A stretch of 64,000 nucleotides of DNA. It comes from Myxococcota bacterium (lineage in GTDB: Bacteria > Myxococcota_A > UBA9160 > UBA6930). A program made the translations under genes and the position numbers. A model generated the notes under the pieces. It ran no database searches, was not told where the DNA came from, and worked only from the letters and a program-made list of their open reading frames with translations. Shown in pieces: positions 1 through 9,234 of this stretch (the stretch's first letter is position 1; every line of letters begins with the position of its first letter). The stretch spans positions 1,600,001-1,664,000 of the forward strand of contig OZ245002.1 in assembly GCA_965223415.1 (NCBI GenBank). The letters run 5' to 3'.

Positions 1-810
1 GATACGGTGATCACGGTGGGCGGCGTGCAATCGAACCACGCCCGGCAGACCGCCGCCGCCGCGGCGCGGCTGGGTTTGCGCTGCGAGCTCGTACTGCCCC
101 GGGTGGTGCCGCGCGACGGCGTCGACTACGAGCACGGCGGCAACGTCCTGCTCGACGAGCTGTTCGGGGCCCGGGTCCATGTCGTCGACGACGAGACCGC
201 CGCCGCCCGGACGATCCAGCAGCTGGTGCAGGCCGCCAGCGAGCGGGGAGACAGGGCGGTGGTCCACCCTCCCGGCGGATCGACTGCGATCGGGGCCCTC
301 GGCTACGTGCACGCCGCCATGGAGCTCGCGGAGCAGATCGGCGTTGGTCGACCTCCTTTCGAACGCATCTACCTCGCCGTCGGAACCGGAGGCACGCTGG
401 CCGGGCTGCTCTGCGGCCTGCAGCTCGCCGGCAGGGAGATCCCGGTGCGAGGCGTCTGCGTCGCGCGACCGGCGGCGGAGCAACGGGACGCCGTGATGGC
501 CCTGGCTGCCGAGACGAGCGCGTTGCTGGGCCGGTCTCCGCCGGACGCGGAGGCGCTCGATCTGGACGACGGGCATCTGGGCGACGGCTACGGCGTGCCG
601 AGCGCCGCCGGGAGGGAGGCGATCGGGCGCTGTGCCCGCAACGAAGGGCTGCTCCTGGATCCGGTCTACACGTCCAAGGCGATGGCCGCGCTGCTCGCCG
701 ATGCGGAGCGCGGCACGCTCGGGAGCGGACCGGTCCTTTTCTGGCACACCGGCGGCGCGCCGGCCCTCTTCGCCTACCGGGATGAGCTGAGCCCGGCCCG
801 CCCGGGCTAG
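1..810 (+). CDS. D-cysteine desulfhydrase / ACC deaminase family PLP enzyme (5'-truncated by window edge)
   Basis: ITVGGVQSNHARQTAAAAA, GTGGTLAGL, LLDPVYTSKA and LFWHTGG motifs typical of the DcyD/AcdS family. Confidence 0.9.
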   Translation, partial: DTVITVGGVQSNHARQTAAAAARLGLRCELVLPRVVPRDGVDYEHGGNVLLDELFGARVHVVDDETAAARTIQQLVQAASERGDRAVVHPPGGSTAIGALGYVHAAMELAEQIGVGRPPFERIYLAVGTGGTLAGLLCGLQLAGREIPVRGVCVARPAAEQRDAVMALAAETSALLGRSPPDAEALDLDDGHLGDGYGVPSAAGREAIGRCARNEGLLLDPVYTSKAMAALLADAERGTLGSGPVLFWHTGGAPALFAYRDELSPARPG

Positions 811-845
811 ACTGATCCACAACAGCCCTCGCCACGGAGGCACCC

Positions 846-1469
846 ATGCGAAGGATTCCCTTCTACTTCGACTACGCCTGACCCTGGGCCTACTTCGGCA
901 GTTGCCGAATCGATGCGTACTTCGAGGACCTGGACGTCGAGCTCGACTTCCGACCGGTCCAGCTCCGCAAGCTGATCGAGCTGCCCGAGGGCCAGGACAA
1001 GCCGGCGCCGCGAGCGAAGCTGGGGCCGCGCAAGCAGGCCGACTACGAGGCCAACGTCCGGCACTGGTCGGATCTCTGCGGCGCTCCGATCTCGCCCGAC
1101 GCCCGCACCTACATGAAGAGCGACACGAGCCTGGCCCTGCGCGCCGCCCTGGTGGCCAAGGACGCGGGGCGCTTCCGGGAGTTCCATGATCCCATGTACC
1201 GCTCCCGTTGGGCGGAGCCCACGGATCCCTCGGACCCGACCCATGTCCACGCGCTCCTCGACCGGGCGGGGCTCGATCCGGACGCGGCGTTGGCCCGGGC
1301 CGAGTCGGAAGAGCTGGTGGCACGCCTCGACCTTGACACGAAGGAAGCGATCGAACGCGGATTGTTCGGCGTACCCACGATCTTCGTGGGCGACGAGATG
1401 TTCTTCGGCAACGACCGCTTCGAGCTCGTTCGGCACTACCTGACGAAGGCGGAAGAGCGCTCGCGATGA
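846..1469 (+). CDS. DsbA/2-hydroxychromene-2-carboxylate isomerase (kappa-GST-like) family protein with in-frame UGA at codon 12, probable selenoprotein
   Basis: GGAGG RBS then ATG 846. Reads MRRIPFYFDYA-TGA(879-881)-PWAYFGSC and continues in frame into ORF 1113..1469, which carries GLFGVPTIFVGDEMFFGNDR near its C-terminus. Confidence 0.85.
894..909 (+). promoter_or_regulatory. Putative bacterial SECIS hairpin
   Basis: TTCGGC-AGTT-GCCGAA perfect 6-bp stem; G-containing loop begins after an 18-nt spacer from the UGA. Confidence 0.65.
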
Positions 1470-1488
1470 GCTGAGCGTGCGGCCCGCC

Positions 1489-2640
1489 TCATCCTCCGGC
1501 GGGCGGGTGCTGGACGGTCTCGCTCGCGGGTGCCGGCCCGTGCCCGCGCAGCCGATGGTCGAGCACGGCTCGCACGCGCTCGATGATCTCCGGCCGGATG
1601 AAATCGCCGTGGCCGCCGCTCTCCACGGTCAAGAGCGCCGTCGGCACCCCGGCTTCGCGCAGGGTCCGGTCGAGGTTCACGGAGTGGGCGTAGGGAACCA
1701 GCGGGTCCTCGGTTCCGTGGACGAAGTAGAAGGGCGGGTCGTCCGCATCGACGTGGTGGATGGGCGACGCGCTGCGCGCGGCCGAAGCGACCTCCGCGCC
1801 GCGACCGCCGAGGAAGGCATCGCGTCGCGCGGATCCGCCGGTCGATTCCGGCGCGGCGGCCAGGAGATCGGTCGAGCCGAAGAACGGGATGGCGCACTGG
1901 ACGTCGGAGGATTCCGAGGCGTTCGGACCGAGCGTGCCGGCATGCTCGGCGCTCCCGTTGGTGGTGCCGATCAGCGCCGTCAGGTGTCCGCCCGCGGAGG
2001 CCCCCATCACGCAGATCCGGGCCGCGTCGAGGCCGTAGCGTTCGGCGTTGGCGCGGATCCATCGAATTCCGGCCTTCAGGTCGTGGAGCGGAGCCGGGTA
2101 CGTCACCTCGCCGCTCAAGCGGTAGCCGATCGCGACGGCGGCGTAGTGGCCGGACGCGACGTGGGGAACGACCTGGGGCCTCGCCATCAACCGGCTGCCC
2201 ATGCTCCAGCCGCCGCCGTGCACGTAGGCGATCACCGGCAGGCCCCCCTCGGCCGCGCGGGTCTTCGGGAGGAGCAGATCGAGCTGCTGGCGATGGTGCG
2301 CGGTCCCGGCGTAGGGGATGTTCTCGATCAGCTCGATGGTCGCCGGCAGGGCGCCGAAGCGGCCGCCGGGCTCGTTCAGGAATGCGATGTACTCCTCGGC
2401 GTCGAGGCTACCGTCCCGATTCCGGTCGCCGATCCGCAGGTAGGGAGCCAGAGCGGCGGGCGCCTCGTCGAGCCCCACGCGACCGTCTCCGTTCGCGTCC
2501 ATCGCCGCGAACGCCGCCTGCTGGCGCGCCCGCTCCGCGGCGAGCGAGGCTGCCTCCGCAGCCGATCCGGAGGCGAAGAGGAGGACAGCCCAGGCCAGCA
2601 GGGGGGAGACGATTCGAGTGGATCGAGTAGCGATTGTCAT
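1489..2640 (-). CDS. Secreted alpha/beta hydrolase (HSL-like esterase) with N-terminal EF-hand pair
   Basis: Signal peptide; DANGDGRVG and DRNRDGSLD EF-hand loops; HGGGW, GASAGG, HGTED and a C-terminal His. Confidence 0.85.
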   Translation of the reverse strand: MTIATRSTRIVSPLLAWAVLLFASGSAAEAASLAAERARQQAAFAAMDANGDGRVGLDEAPAALAPYLRIGDRNRDGSLDAEEYIAFLNEPGGRFGALPATIELIENIPYAGTAHHRQQLDLLLPKTRAAEGGLPVIAYVHGGGWSMGSRLMARPQVVPHVASGHYAAVAIGYRLSGEVTYPAPLHDLKAGIRWIRANAERYGLDAARICVMGASAGGHLTALIGTTNGSAEHAGTLGPNASESSDVQCAIPFFGSTDLLAAAPESTGGSARRDAFLGGRGAEVASAARSASPIHHVDADDPPFYFVHGTEDPLVPYAHSVNLDRTLREAGVPTALLTVESGGHGDFIRPEIIERVRAVLDHRLRGHGPAPASETVQHPPAGG

Positions 2641-2742
2641 GGAAGTCGAGCTCCTTCTTCCTCGTGGGCGAGGCGGCGCCAACGGCCGAGGTCCTTGCCG
2701 CCACTACGCTAGCCTCCGCCAGCTACCGCAGAGGATTCCACG

Positions 2743-4437
2743 ATGATTCTCCTGAATCCCCGCCATCCGGGCCACGAAGGCGACGACGCGCGAACCCGCG
2801 AGCTGATGCGCCAGACCGTGGAGTTCTTCGAGACCAAGGGCAAGAAGCGCCTGCTCGAGGACTACTACGATCGCGGCTGGTACGCCGATTTCCTCGAGTA
2901 CGCGAAGGATCACCGACTCCTCGCCACGATGTGCACGCCCGAGGGCGAGGGCGCCGACGACGCGCGTTGGGACACCTGGCGGGTCTGCCAGTTCGCCGAG
3001 ATCCTGGGCTTCTACGGCCTTCAGTACTGGTACACCTGGCAAGTCTCGGTGCTCGGGCTCGGACCGATCTGGATGAGCCCGAACGAAGCCGTCCGCAAGC
3101 GCACCTCCCGGGCCCTGGAAGACGGCGGCATCTTCGCCTTCGGCCTGTCCGAGAAGACACACGGCGCCGACATCTACTCGACGGACATGGTGCTGACGAA
3201 GGACGGCGACGGCTGGAGGGCCAACGGCCGAAAGTACTACATCGGCAACGGCAACGAAGCGGCGATCGTCTCGACCTTCGGTCGCTTCGACGGCGGCGAC
3301 GAGTACGTGTTCTTCGCCTCCGACCCGAGGCACGAGAGCTACCAGCTGGTGAAGAACGTGGTCGCCAGCCAGAACTACGTGTCCGAATTCGAGCTGCGCG
3401 ACTACCCGGTCGGCGAAGCCGACATCCTGCACCGCGGCCGCGACGCCTGGAACGCGGCGCTCAACACCGTCAACATCGGCAAGTACAACCTCGGCTGGGC
3501 CTCGATCGGCATCTGTACCCACGCGCTCTACGAGGCGATCACCCACGCGAACAACCGGGTTCTCTATGGCAGTCCGGTGACCGACATGTCGCACGTCCGC
3601 AACATGTTCGTCGACGCCTACTGCCGATTGGTCTCGATGAAACTCTTCGCACTGCGCGCCGCCGACTACATGCGCGTCGCCTCCCGCGAAGACCGCCGCT
3701 ATCTGCTCTTCAACCCGATGGTGAAGATGAAGGTCACCACCCAGGGCGAAGACGTAATCAACCTGTTGTGGGACGCCATCGCCGCCAAGGGCTTCGAGAA
3801 GGACACCTACTTCGGCCAGGCCGCCATCGACATCCGCGCCCTACCGAAGCTCGAGGGCACGGTGCACGTGAACATCGCGCTGATCGTGAAGTTCATGGCG
3901 AACTACTTCTTCAACCCGGGCGAGCATGCGGAGGTGGAGCGCCAGGACCAGCCGCGCAACGACGGCTTCCTCTTCGACCAGGGGGGCGCCGGCGGCCTCG
4001 GCCAGATCCAGTTCCACGACTACCGGAAGGTCTTCGACGAGTTCGCGCGCATCCCCAACGTCGCGCTCTTCGCCGAGCAGGCCGACGCCTTTCGCGAGCT
4101 GCTCGCCAGCGACCCGCCCGGCCCCGACCAGATGAAGGACGTCGATTTCCTGCTGGCGGGCGGCAACCTGTTCGCGATGGTCGTCTACGCCCAGCTCATC
4201 CTCGAGAACGCCGGGATCTACGGTCTGGACGACGACCTGGTCGGCCAGATCTTCGACTTCATGATCCGCGACACCGCGCAGCACGCGCTCCACCTCTCGC
4301 TCCAGGCGAGCAGCACCGAGAAGCAGATGGCCCAGTGCCAGAAGATGCTGCGCAGGCCGGTCGCCGATCCGGCTCGCTACGACCGGGTGTGGCAGAGTGT
4401 CCGGGCGTTGGACGGCGCCTACGAGATGAATCCGTAG
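2743..4437 (+). CDS. Acyl-CoA dehydrogenase
   Basis: FGLSEKTHGAD, NGRKYYIGNG and LPKLEGTVHVN motifs. Confidence 0.9.
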   Translation: MILLNPRHPGHEGDDARTRELMRQTVEFFETKGKKRLLEDYYDRGWYADFLEYAKDHRLLATMCTPEGEGADDARWDTWRVCQFAEILGFYGLQYWYTWQVSVLGLGPIWMSPNEAVRKRTSRALEDGGIFAFGLSEKTHGADIYSTDMVLTKDGDGWRANGRKYYIGNGNEAAIVSTFGRFDGGDEYVFFASDPRHESYQLVKNVVASQNYVSEFELRDYPVGEADILHRGRDAWNAALNTVNIGKYNLGWASIGICTHALYEAITHANNRVLYGSPVTDMSHVRNMFVDAYCRLVSMKLFALRAADYMRVASREDRRYLLFNPMVKMKVTTQGEDVINLLWDAIAAKGFEKDTYFGQAAIDIRALPKLEGTVHVNIALIVKFMANYFFNPGEHAEVERQDQPRNDGFLFDQGGAGGLGQIQFHDYRKVFDEFARIPNVALFAEQADAFRELLASDPPGPDQMKDVDFLLAGGNLFAMVVYAQLILENAGIYGLDDDLVGQIFDFMIRDTAQHALHLSLQASSTEKQMAQCQKMLRRPVADPARYDRVWQSVRALDGAYEMNP

Positions 4438-4452
4438 GGCGGCAGCCGGGAC

Positions 4453-4594
4453 CTACTTCTCGACGTAGCGCACGAGCAGCTCCGTCACTTCGTCGACGAA
4501 AGCGGGAGTTGGCCAGCCGCTCGGGCTCGTCGAGCGCGGTGTCGGTGCCGTGGATCACGGCCTCGAGGGCGCGCATCGCGACGAAGCTCGCCAT
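4453..4594 (-). pseudogene. C-terminal remnant of a TetR-family regulator (frameshifted)
   Basis: ASFVAMRALEAVIHG..LDEPERLANSR, then after a frame change FVDEVTELLVRYVEK-TAG; no HTH or start present. Confidence 0.5.
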
Positions 4595-4619
4595 CGGTGG
4601 CGTTCCTCTTCGGGGTCTG

Positions 4620-4946
4620 CTCACGATCCGAGAGCTCGAACGCTCGCTGCGCTTCCACGGCGCCCTCGGCTACCGCGAGGTCACGGGCTATTCGCCGACG
4701 GACCACGAAGGCGAGGGCCTCCACTTCCTCGTGCGACCCGGCTTCTCGGACATCCTGACGCTGCGCGTCGGCGGCCCGCCCGGCGTCGACCACTTCGGCT
4801 TCTTCATGAGGGACGCGTCGACACTCGACTCAGCCATCGAGGAGCTCGAGAAGGCGGGCGGACCCTTCCTCGAGAAAGACGAGTTGGCGCCGGGCGTGTG
4901 GTCGGCGTTCCTCGCGGACCCGGACGGCTACAAGATCCAGATCTGA
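4620..4946 (+). pseudogene. VOC/glyoxalase family protein lacking its start
   Basis: LTIRELERSLRFH..LG, VDHFGF and FLADPDGYKIQI VOC motifs; no credible start or RBS. Confidence 0.6.
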
Positions 4947-5018
4947 GCGGCCGACAGCGCGGCATCACCGGGTGCCCACGATCAGCGGCGCCTCGGCAGC
5001 CCGGGAAACGGAGGCTGC

Positions 5019-5095
5019 TGGCGCGCCCGGCACGACTCGAACGTGCGACCTCCAGGTCCGCAACCTGGCGCTCTATCCAACTGAGCTACGGGCGC
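5019..5095 (-). tRNA. tRNA-Arg(GCG)
   Basis: GCGCCCGTAGCTCAGTTGGATAGAGCG-CCAGG-TTGCGGA-CCTGG-AGGTCGCACGTTCGAGTCGTGCCGGGCGCGCCA; 77 nt, encoded CCA. Confidence 0.93.
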
Positions 5096-5141
5096 TCTCA
5101 GAGCGGGGCGCGAATCCTAGCGAACCCTGCTCGGGAAGCCT

Positions 5142-5229
<88 letters not shown>

Positions 5230-5280
5230 GGGCGCTCGCGTGGGCTGAATTCGCGAGCGATCACATGCACTTGGGGGATC

Positions 5281-5370
<90 letters not shown>

Positions 5371-5479
5371 GGTCCGCCGCGCTCCGCGACGGGAGGCGTA
5401 GGATACCGGCTCCCAGGGCCCCGGAAACCCCCGGGGACGCTCTGCCGGGAACTGTTAAGAGAGGTTCCTGGCACCTTTC

Positions 5480-6016
5480 TTAACGGATGTCGCGGTCGAG
5501 GACGGTCTTGCGTTCGTCGCGGCGGGCGTTCTCGATGGCCTTGTCGCAGGCGGTGCGGATGAGGTCGGAGAGGGGGGCGAGGACGCGGTCGGAGGTGTTC
5601 ATGCCAGAGCGGGCCTTGATGTAGTCCTTGAGGCGGCTGGCGATGACGAGGACCTCTCGCGGGACGTTGGCGGCGGGGGGCGGGCTCGGCGCGGCCTGGG
5701 CGGGCTGGCTGGGGGCGACGCGGCGGCGGGGCTCGCGCTTGGCGCTCCGCTCCCGCTCGGCCGCGGGCTTCGGCGCGGGCTCGCTCTCGGCGGCCTGCTG
5801 GCGCCGCCACTCGGCGGCGCCGGGGCTCTTCTTCTCCTCGGCCCAGGCCTCCCGGTGGTTCATCGTCGGCAGGTGGGCGTCCCAGCAGTCGACGGAGCAG
5901 AACACGAAGGCCGTGTTGCGGCGGTTGCAGGTGGAGACGTTGCAAACGTAGTAGGCGGTCTCGAACGGGATGGGCTCCCGGCAGGAGCTGCAGCGGCGCC
6001 AGGCCTCGTCGCTCAT
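5480..6016 (-). CDS. Bacterial histone-fold protein with N-terminal Cys/His zinc-finger domain (ZZ-histone-like)
   Basis: AAGGAGG RBS. N-terminal C9,C12,C25,C30,C40,C44,H48,H54; Pro/Ala/Arg linker; C-terminal EVLVIASRLKDYIK..GMNTS..LSDLIRTACDKAIENARRDERKTVLDRD resembling Bdellovibrio Bd0055-type histones. Confidence 0.85.
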   Translation of the reverse strand: MSDEAWRRCSSCREPIPFETAYYVCNVSTCNRRNTAFVFCSVDCWDAHLPTMNHREAWAEEKKSPGAAEWRRQQAAESEPAPKPAAERERSAKREPRRRVAPSQPAQAAPSPPPAANVPREVLVIASRLKDYIKARSGMNTSDRVLAPLSDLIRTACDKAIENARRDERKTVLDRDIR

Positions 6017-6026
6017 GGGTCCTCCT

Positions 6027-9000
6027 TCAGCGGGTCTCTTCGAACACCCCGGCCAGGCGCTGGAGCACGATCTCCTCGGTCCGGGAGACCGTGCGCAGGC
6101 CCACCACGCCGCCGGCGGCCTGGGCGACGCCCCGCGCGCGCACGAGCACGGTCTCCTGGAGGCGCAGGCGGCCCTCCACGCTGAGCTGGGGAAGGAGCGC
6201 CTCGACGTAGCCGCGCCAGGCCTGGAAGAGGCGGTCCTCCGGCGGGCCGGCCAGCCACTCGGAGAGGAGCTGCAGGCTCTGGCCGTCGCGCTCGAGGCCC
6301 AGGCTCCCGGCGGCCTCCAGGATGGCAGAGCGCTCCTTGTCGTCGAGCTGGCCGTCGGCCCACGCCACCTGCACGAGGGGAATCAGGGCGAGGGCGCGCA
6401 GGGTTTGGTCGTGGATGCCGAGGGACGCGAGGGACGCCTGCAGCGAGGCGTCGCCCAGCTCGACGTCGCCCGCGAGCACGTGCTCGCTCCAGCGGACCTC
6501 GCGGCGGGCGAAGGCCTCGCCGAGCTGCTGGCCGCGAGTGTGCAGGGCAAGGCGCGACGCGAGCAGCTCGTTCGTGTTCTGGAATAGCACCGTGGCGATG
6601 CGCGGGTAGCGAAGGGCCAGGTGACTCATCGCCTCCTGGGAGAGGCGCAGGAGCCGCGCGTCCTCGACCACCTCCGCGTTCAGCGCGTGCTCGCCGTGGA
6701 AGAGGCCCGCCTCGCCGACCGTGTCGCCCCGGTCGTGGAGCGAGGCGATCAGGTTGCGGTCGCCGGCGTCGACCCAGCTGCGCACGGCGCCGCCGATCAC
6801 GACGTACATGCCCTGGGCCGGCTCGCCGGCGTGGAAGAGGGCGCGCCCTGCCGGCGCCTCCACCAGCGTCCCCATCAGCGCGACGATGCGGGCCTGGCCC
6901 GCCCGCAGCCCCTGGAAGAGGCCGATGGTCCGGCGCGGGTCGTCACCGAGGTCGAGGCTCACGAGGTCCCAGAGCGTGACGATGCGCATGCGCGCGCAGA
7001 GCGCCGGCGTGAACGTCACGTCGGTGAGCCAGGCGAAGGCCAGAGCGAAGGCGGCCAGCACGCCGATCTCCCGCTGGGTGGAGAGATCGCTCACCAGCAG
7101 GCACAGGAAGCCGGCGCAGAGCGCCATGGTCGTCACGGTGACTGGCGGGCCCACGGCGGCCAGGGTCGCGGCCGTGGCCTTCTCCTCGTCGCCCAGGCGC
7201 TTGGCATCGCGGATGAAGCGGGCGAAGTAGTGGATGGTGTCGTCGACGGCGATGCCCAGCACCATCGGCGCGATCAGGCTCGTGCCCGGCGAGAGGCTGA
7301 CGCCGGTCCAGCCGAGGGCACCGAAGTAGACGGCTACCGGCACGGCGTTGGGGAGCAATGCCACCAGGCCGACACGCAGGGAGACGAAGAGCGCCGCCAG
7401 CACCACGTAGATGATCCCGAAGGCCGCCAGCACCGAGATCGTCTGCCCGCGGATGATCTGGTCGAGGGCGTCGCTGATGATGACGGAGGTCCCGGTCACC
7501 CGCGCGTCGATCGAATCGGGCAGCTCGGCCAGGCGCGTGGCGATCCGCCCGGTCAACGCCGTGACGTCGTCCGAGTCGATCACCTTGGCGCGAACGCGAA
7601 CGACAGTCCGTTGATAGGCGACGTCCACCAGGTTGCGCAGCTCCCGGCTCTCGCCGAAGAGCAGGATTTGGCTCACCAGGCGCTGGCGCTCGGGGAGCGC
7701 GAAGTACTCCGGATCGTTCTCGTGGAAGCCGCGGTTCAGGAGCTTCAGGTGGTCGACCAGGGAGGTCGTCTCGCCCACGGCGGGATCGGCGGAGAGCCAG
7801 GCCTGGAGCTCCTCGATCTCGCGCAGGTGCTCCGGCTTCTTGAAGGTGTCGCGGGTCTCGCCCTCGAGCACGATCAGGAGCGGGTTCGCGCCGCCGAGAC
7901 GATCGTTCACCGCTTCGTAGTGGAGCCGTACCTCGGAATCCGGCGGGAACTTGCGGATCTGGTCGGAGCCCACGCGGATGGAGCCCGCCCCGACGAGCGC
8001 CAGCACCAGCGCCGCTGCGAAGCCGCCGAAGATCCACGGCCGCTGGCGCACGGCGAAGTGGGCGACCCGTGTCGCGATGCCCTCGGCCCGGCCCGTCGCC
8101 GGCGGATGCCGGCGCGGAAGGGGCAGGAAGGCCAGCACCGCCGGCGTGAGGGTGAGGGAGGCCAGCACCGTGCATCCGACGCCCAGCACCGAGAGCACGC
8201 CGAACTCGCGCACCGCCGGGAGGGGGGAGAGGATCAGCGTGGCGAACCCGATCGCGGTGGTGAGGCCGGTCAGCAGCACCGGGAGCTGCACCTGGCCCGT
8301 GGCCGCGGCGGCGCGGACCGCCGGCCGCTCCCCCTCCACCTCGTAGTACTCGCTCACGACGTGGATGGCGTAGGAGAGCCCGAGCGTCGTGAGCAGCGCG
8401 GGCACGAGGACGGTGACGGCGTTCAGCACGTGGCCGGTCGCCACCATCAGGCCCAGGGCCCACACCACCGCCACGGCCACCGTCACGAGGGGCACCAGGA
8501 CGCCGCGCACGGTGCGGAAGGCCAGCACCAGCACGAGGGACATGGCGCCGAGGATCAGGCTCGGCAGCAGGAAGGTCTCGCGCACCAGGACCCGGGCGTT
8601 GGCGACGCCGAAGTGGGGGCCGCCGGTCAGCCAGATCTGGGCGTCGCCGGCCTCCGCGTGGGCGATCTCGAGGAGGCGGTCGCTCACGCCGCGCTCGCCG
8701 TACTCCCGGCTGTCGAGGGGCGCCAGGGTGAGGAGCAGGGCGGTGGCGCTCTCGTCGCGGGCCACCAGGCTGCCCGCCGTGAAGGGGTTGCCCATCACGG
8801 CGTCGCGGACGGCGGCGAGCCCCGCCTCGTCCTCGGGAATCGCCCGCACGAAGGGGCCGATCTCGATCCCCTCCTCGGTGCCCACCACGTCGACGGCGTT
8901 GGTCAGCGAGGTGACGCTGCGGATCTCCTCCAGCTCCGCCAGCCTGCGCGTGATGCGATCGATGCGCTGCAGCGAGTCGGTCGTGAAGAGCGCGTCCGGG

Positions 9001-9230
9001 GCGAAGCCCAGCACCAGGCTCTCGTCGCTGCCGAAGCGGCGTCGGGCCTCGGCGAGGAAGGTGCGCGCCTCGCTGTCCTCGGGAAGCAGGCTCTCGATCG
9101 AGGGCTCGATGTGGAGCCGGGAGCGCCCGTCCTCGAGATCCACGAGCGCGGCCAGGGCGAGCAGGGTCGCGACCACGACACCCGCGAGCACCCAGGCGGC
9201 GTGGTGCTCGATGGCCGCACGCAGGCGCAC
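6027..9230 (-). CDS. MMPL/RND family transporter fused to cyclic-nucleotide-binding and TerB-like domains
   Basis: Two RND TM repeats (GLSYAIH; GIAVDDTIH); cNMP-like LFHAGEP..MYVVIGG..GDTVGE; C-terminal IPLVQVAWADGQLDDKER. Confidence 0.85.
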   Translation of the reverse strand: MRLRAAIEHHAAWVLAGVVVATLLALAALVDLEDGRSRLHIEPSIESLLPEDSEARTFLAEARRRFGSDESLVLGFAPDALFTTDSLQRIDRITRRLAELEEIRSVTSLTNAVDVVGTEEGIEIGPFVRAIPEDEAGLAAVRDAVMGNPFTAGSLVARDESATALLLTLAPLDSREYGERGVSDRLLEIAHAEAGDAQIWLTGGPHFGVANARVLVRETFLLPSLILGAMSLVLVLAFRTVRGVLVPLVTVAVAVVWALGLMVATGHVLNAVTVLVPALLTTLGLSYAIHVVSEYYEVEGERPAVRAAAATGQVQLPVLLTGLTTAIGFATLILSPLPAVREFGVLSVLGVGCTVLASLTLTPAVLAFLPLPRRHPPATGRAEGIATRVAHFAVRQRPWIFGGFAAALVLALVGAGSIRVGSDQIRKFPPDSEVRLHYEAVNDRLGGANPLLIVLEGETRDTFKKPEHLREIEELQAWLSADPAVGETTSLVDHLKLLNRGFHENDPEYFALPERQRLVSQILLFGESRELRNLVDVAYQRTVVRVRAKVIDSDDVTALTGRIATRLAELPDSIDARVTGTSVIISDALDQIIRGQTISVLAAFGIIYVVLAALFVSLRVGLVALLPNAVPVAVYFGALGWTGVSLSPGTSLIAPMVLGIAVDDTIHYFARFIRDAKRLGDEEKATAATLAAVGPPVTVTTMALCAGFLCLLVSDLSTQREIGVLAAFALAFAWLTDVTFTPALCARMRIVTLWDLVSLDLGDDPRRTIGLFQGLRAGQARIVALMGTLVEAPAGRALFHAGEPAQGMYVVIGGAVRSWVDAGDRNLIASLHDRGDTVGEAGLFHGEHALNAEVVEDARLLRLSQEAMSHLALRYPRIATVLFQNTNELLASRLALHTRGQQLGEAFARREVRWSEHVLAGDVELGDASLQASLASLGIHDQTLRALALIPLVQVAWADGQLDDKERSAILEAAGSLGLERDGQSLQLLSEWLAGPPEDRLFQAWRGYVEALLPQLSVEGRLRLQETVLVRARGVAQAAGGVVGLRTVSRTEEIVLQRLAGVFEETR

Positions 9231-9234
9231 GTGC

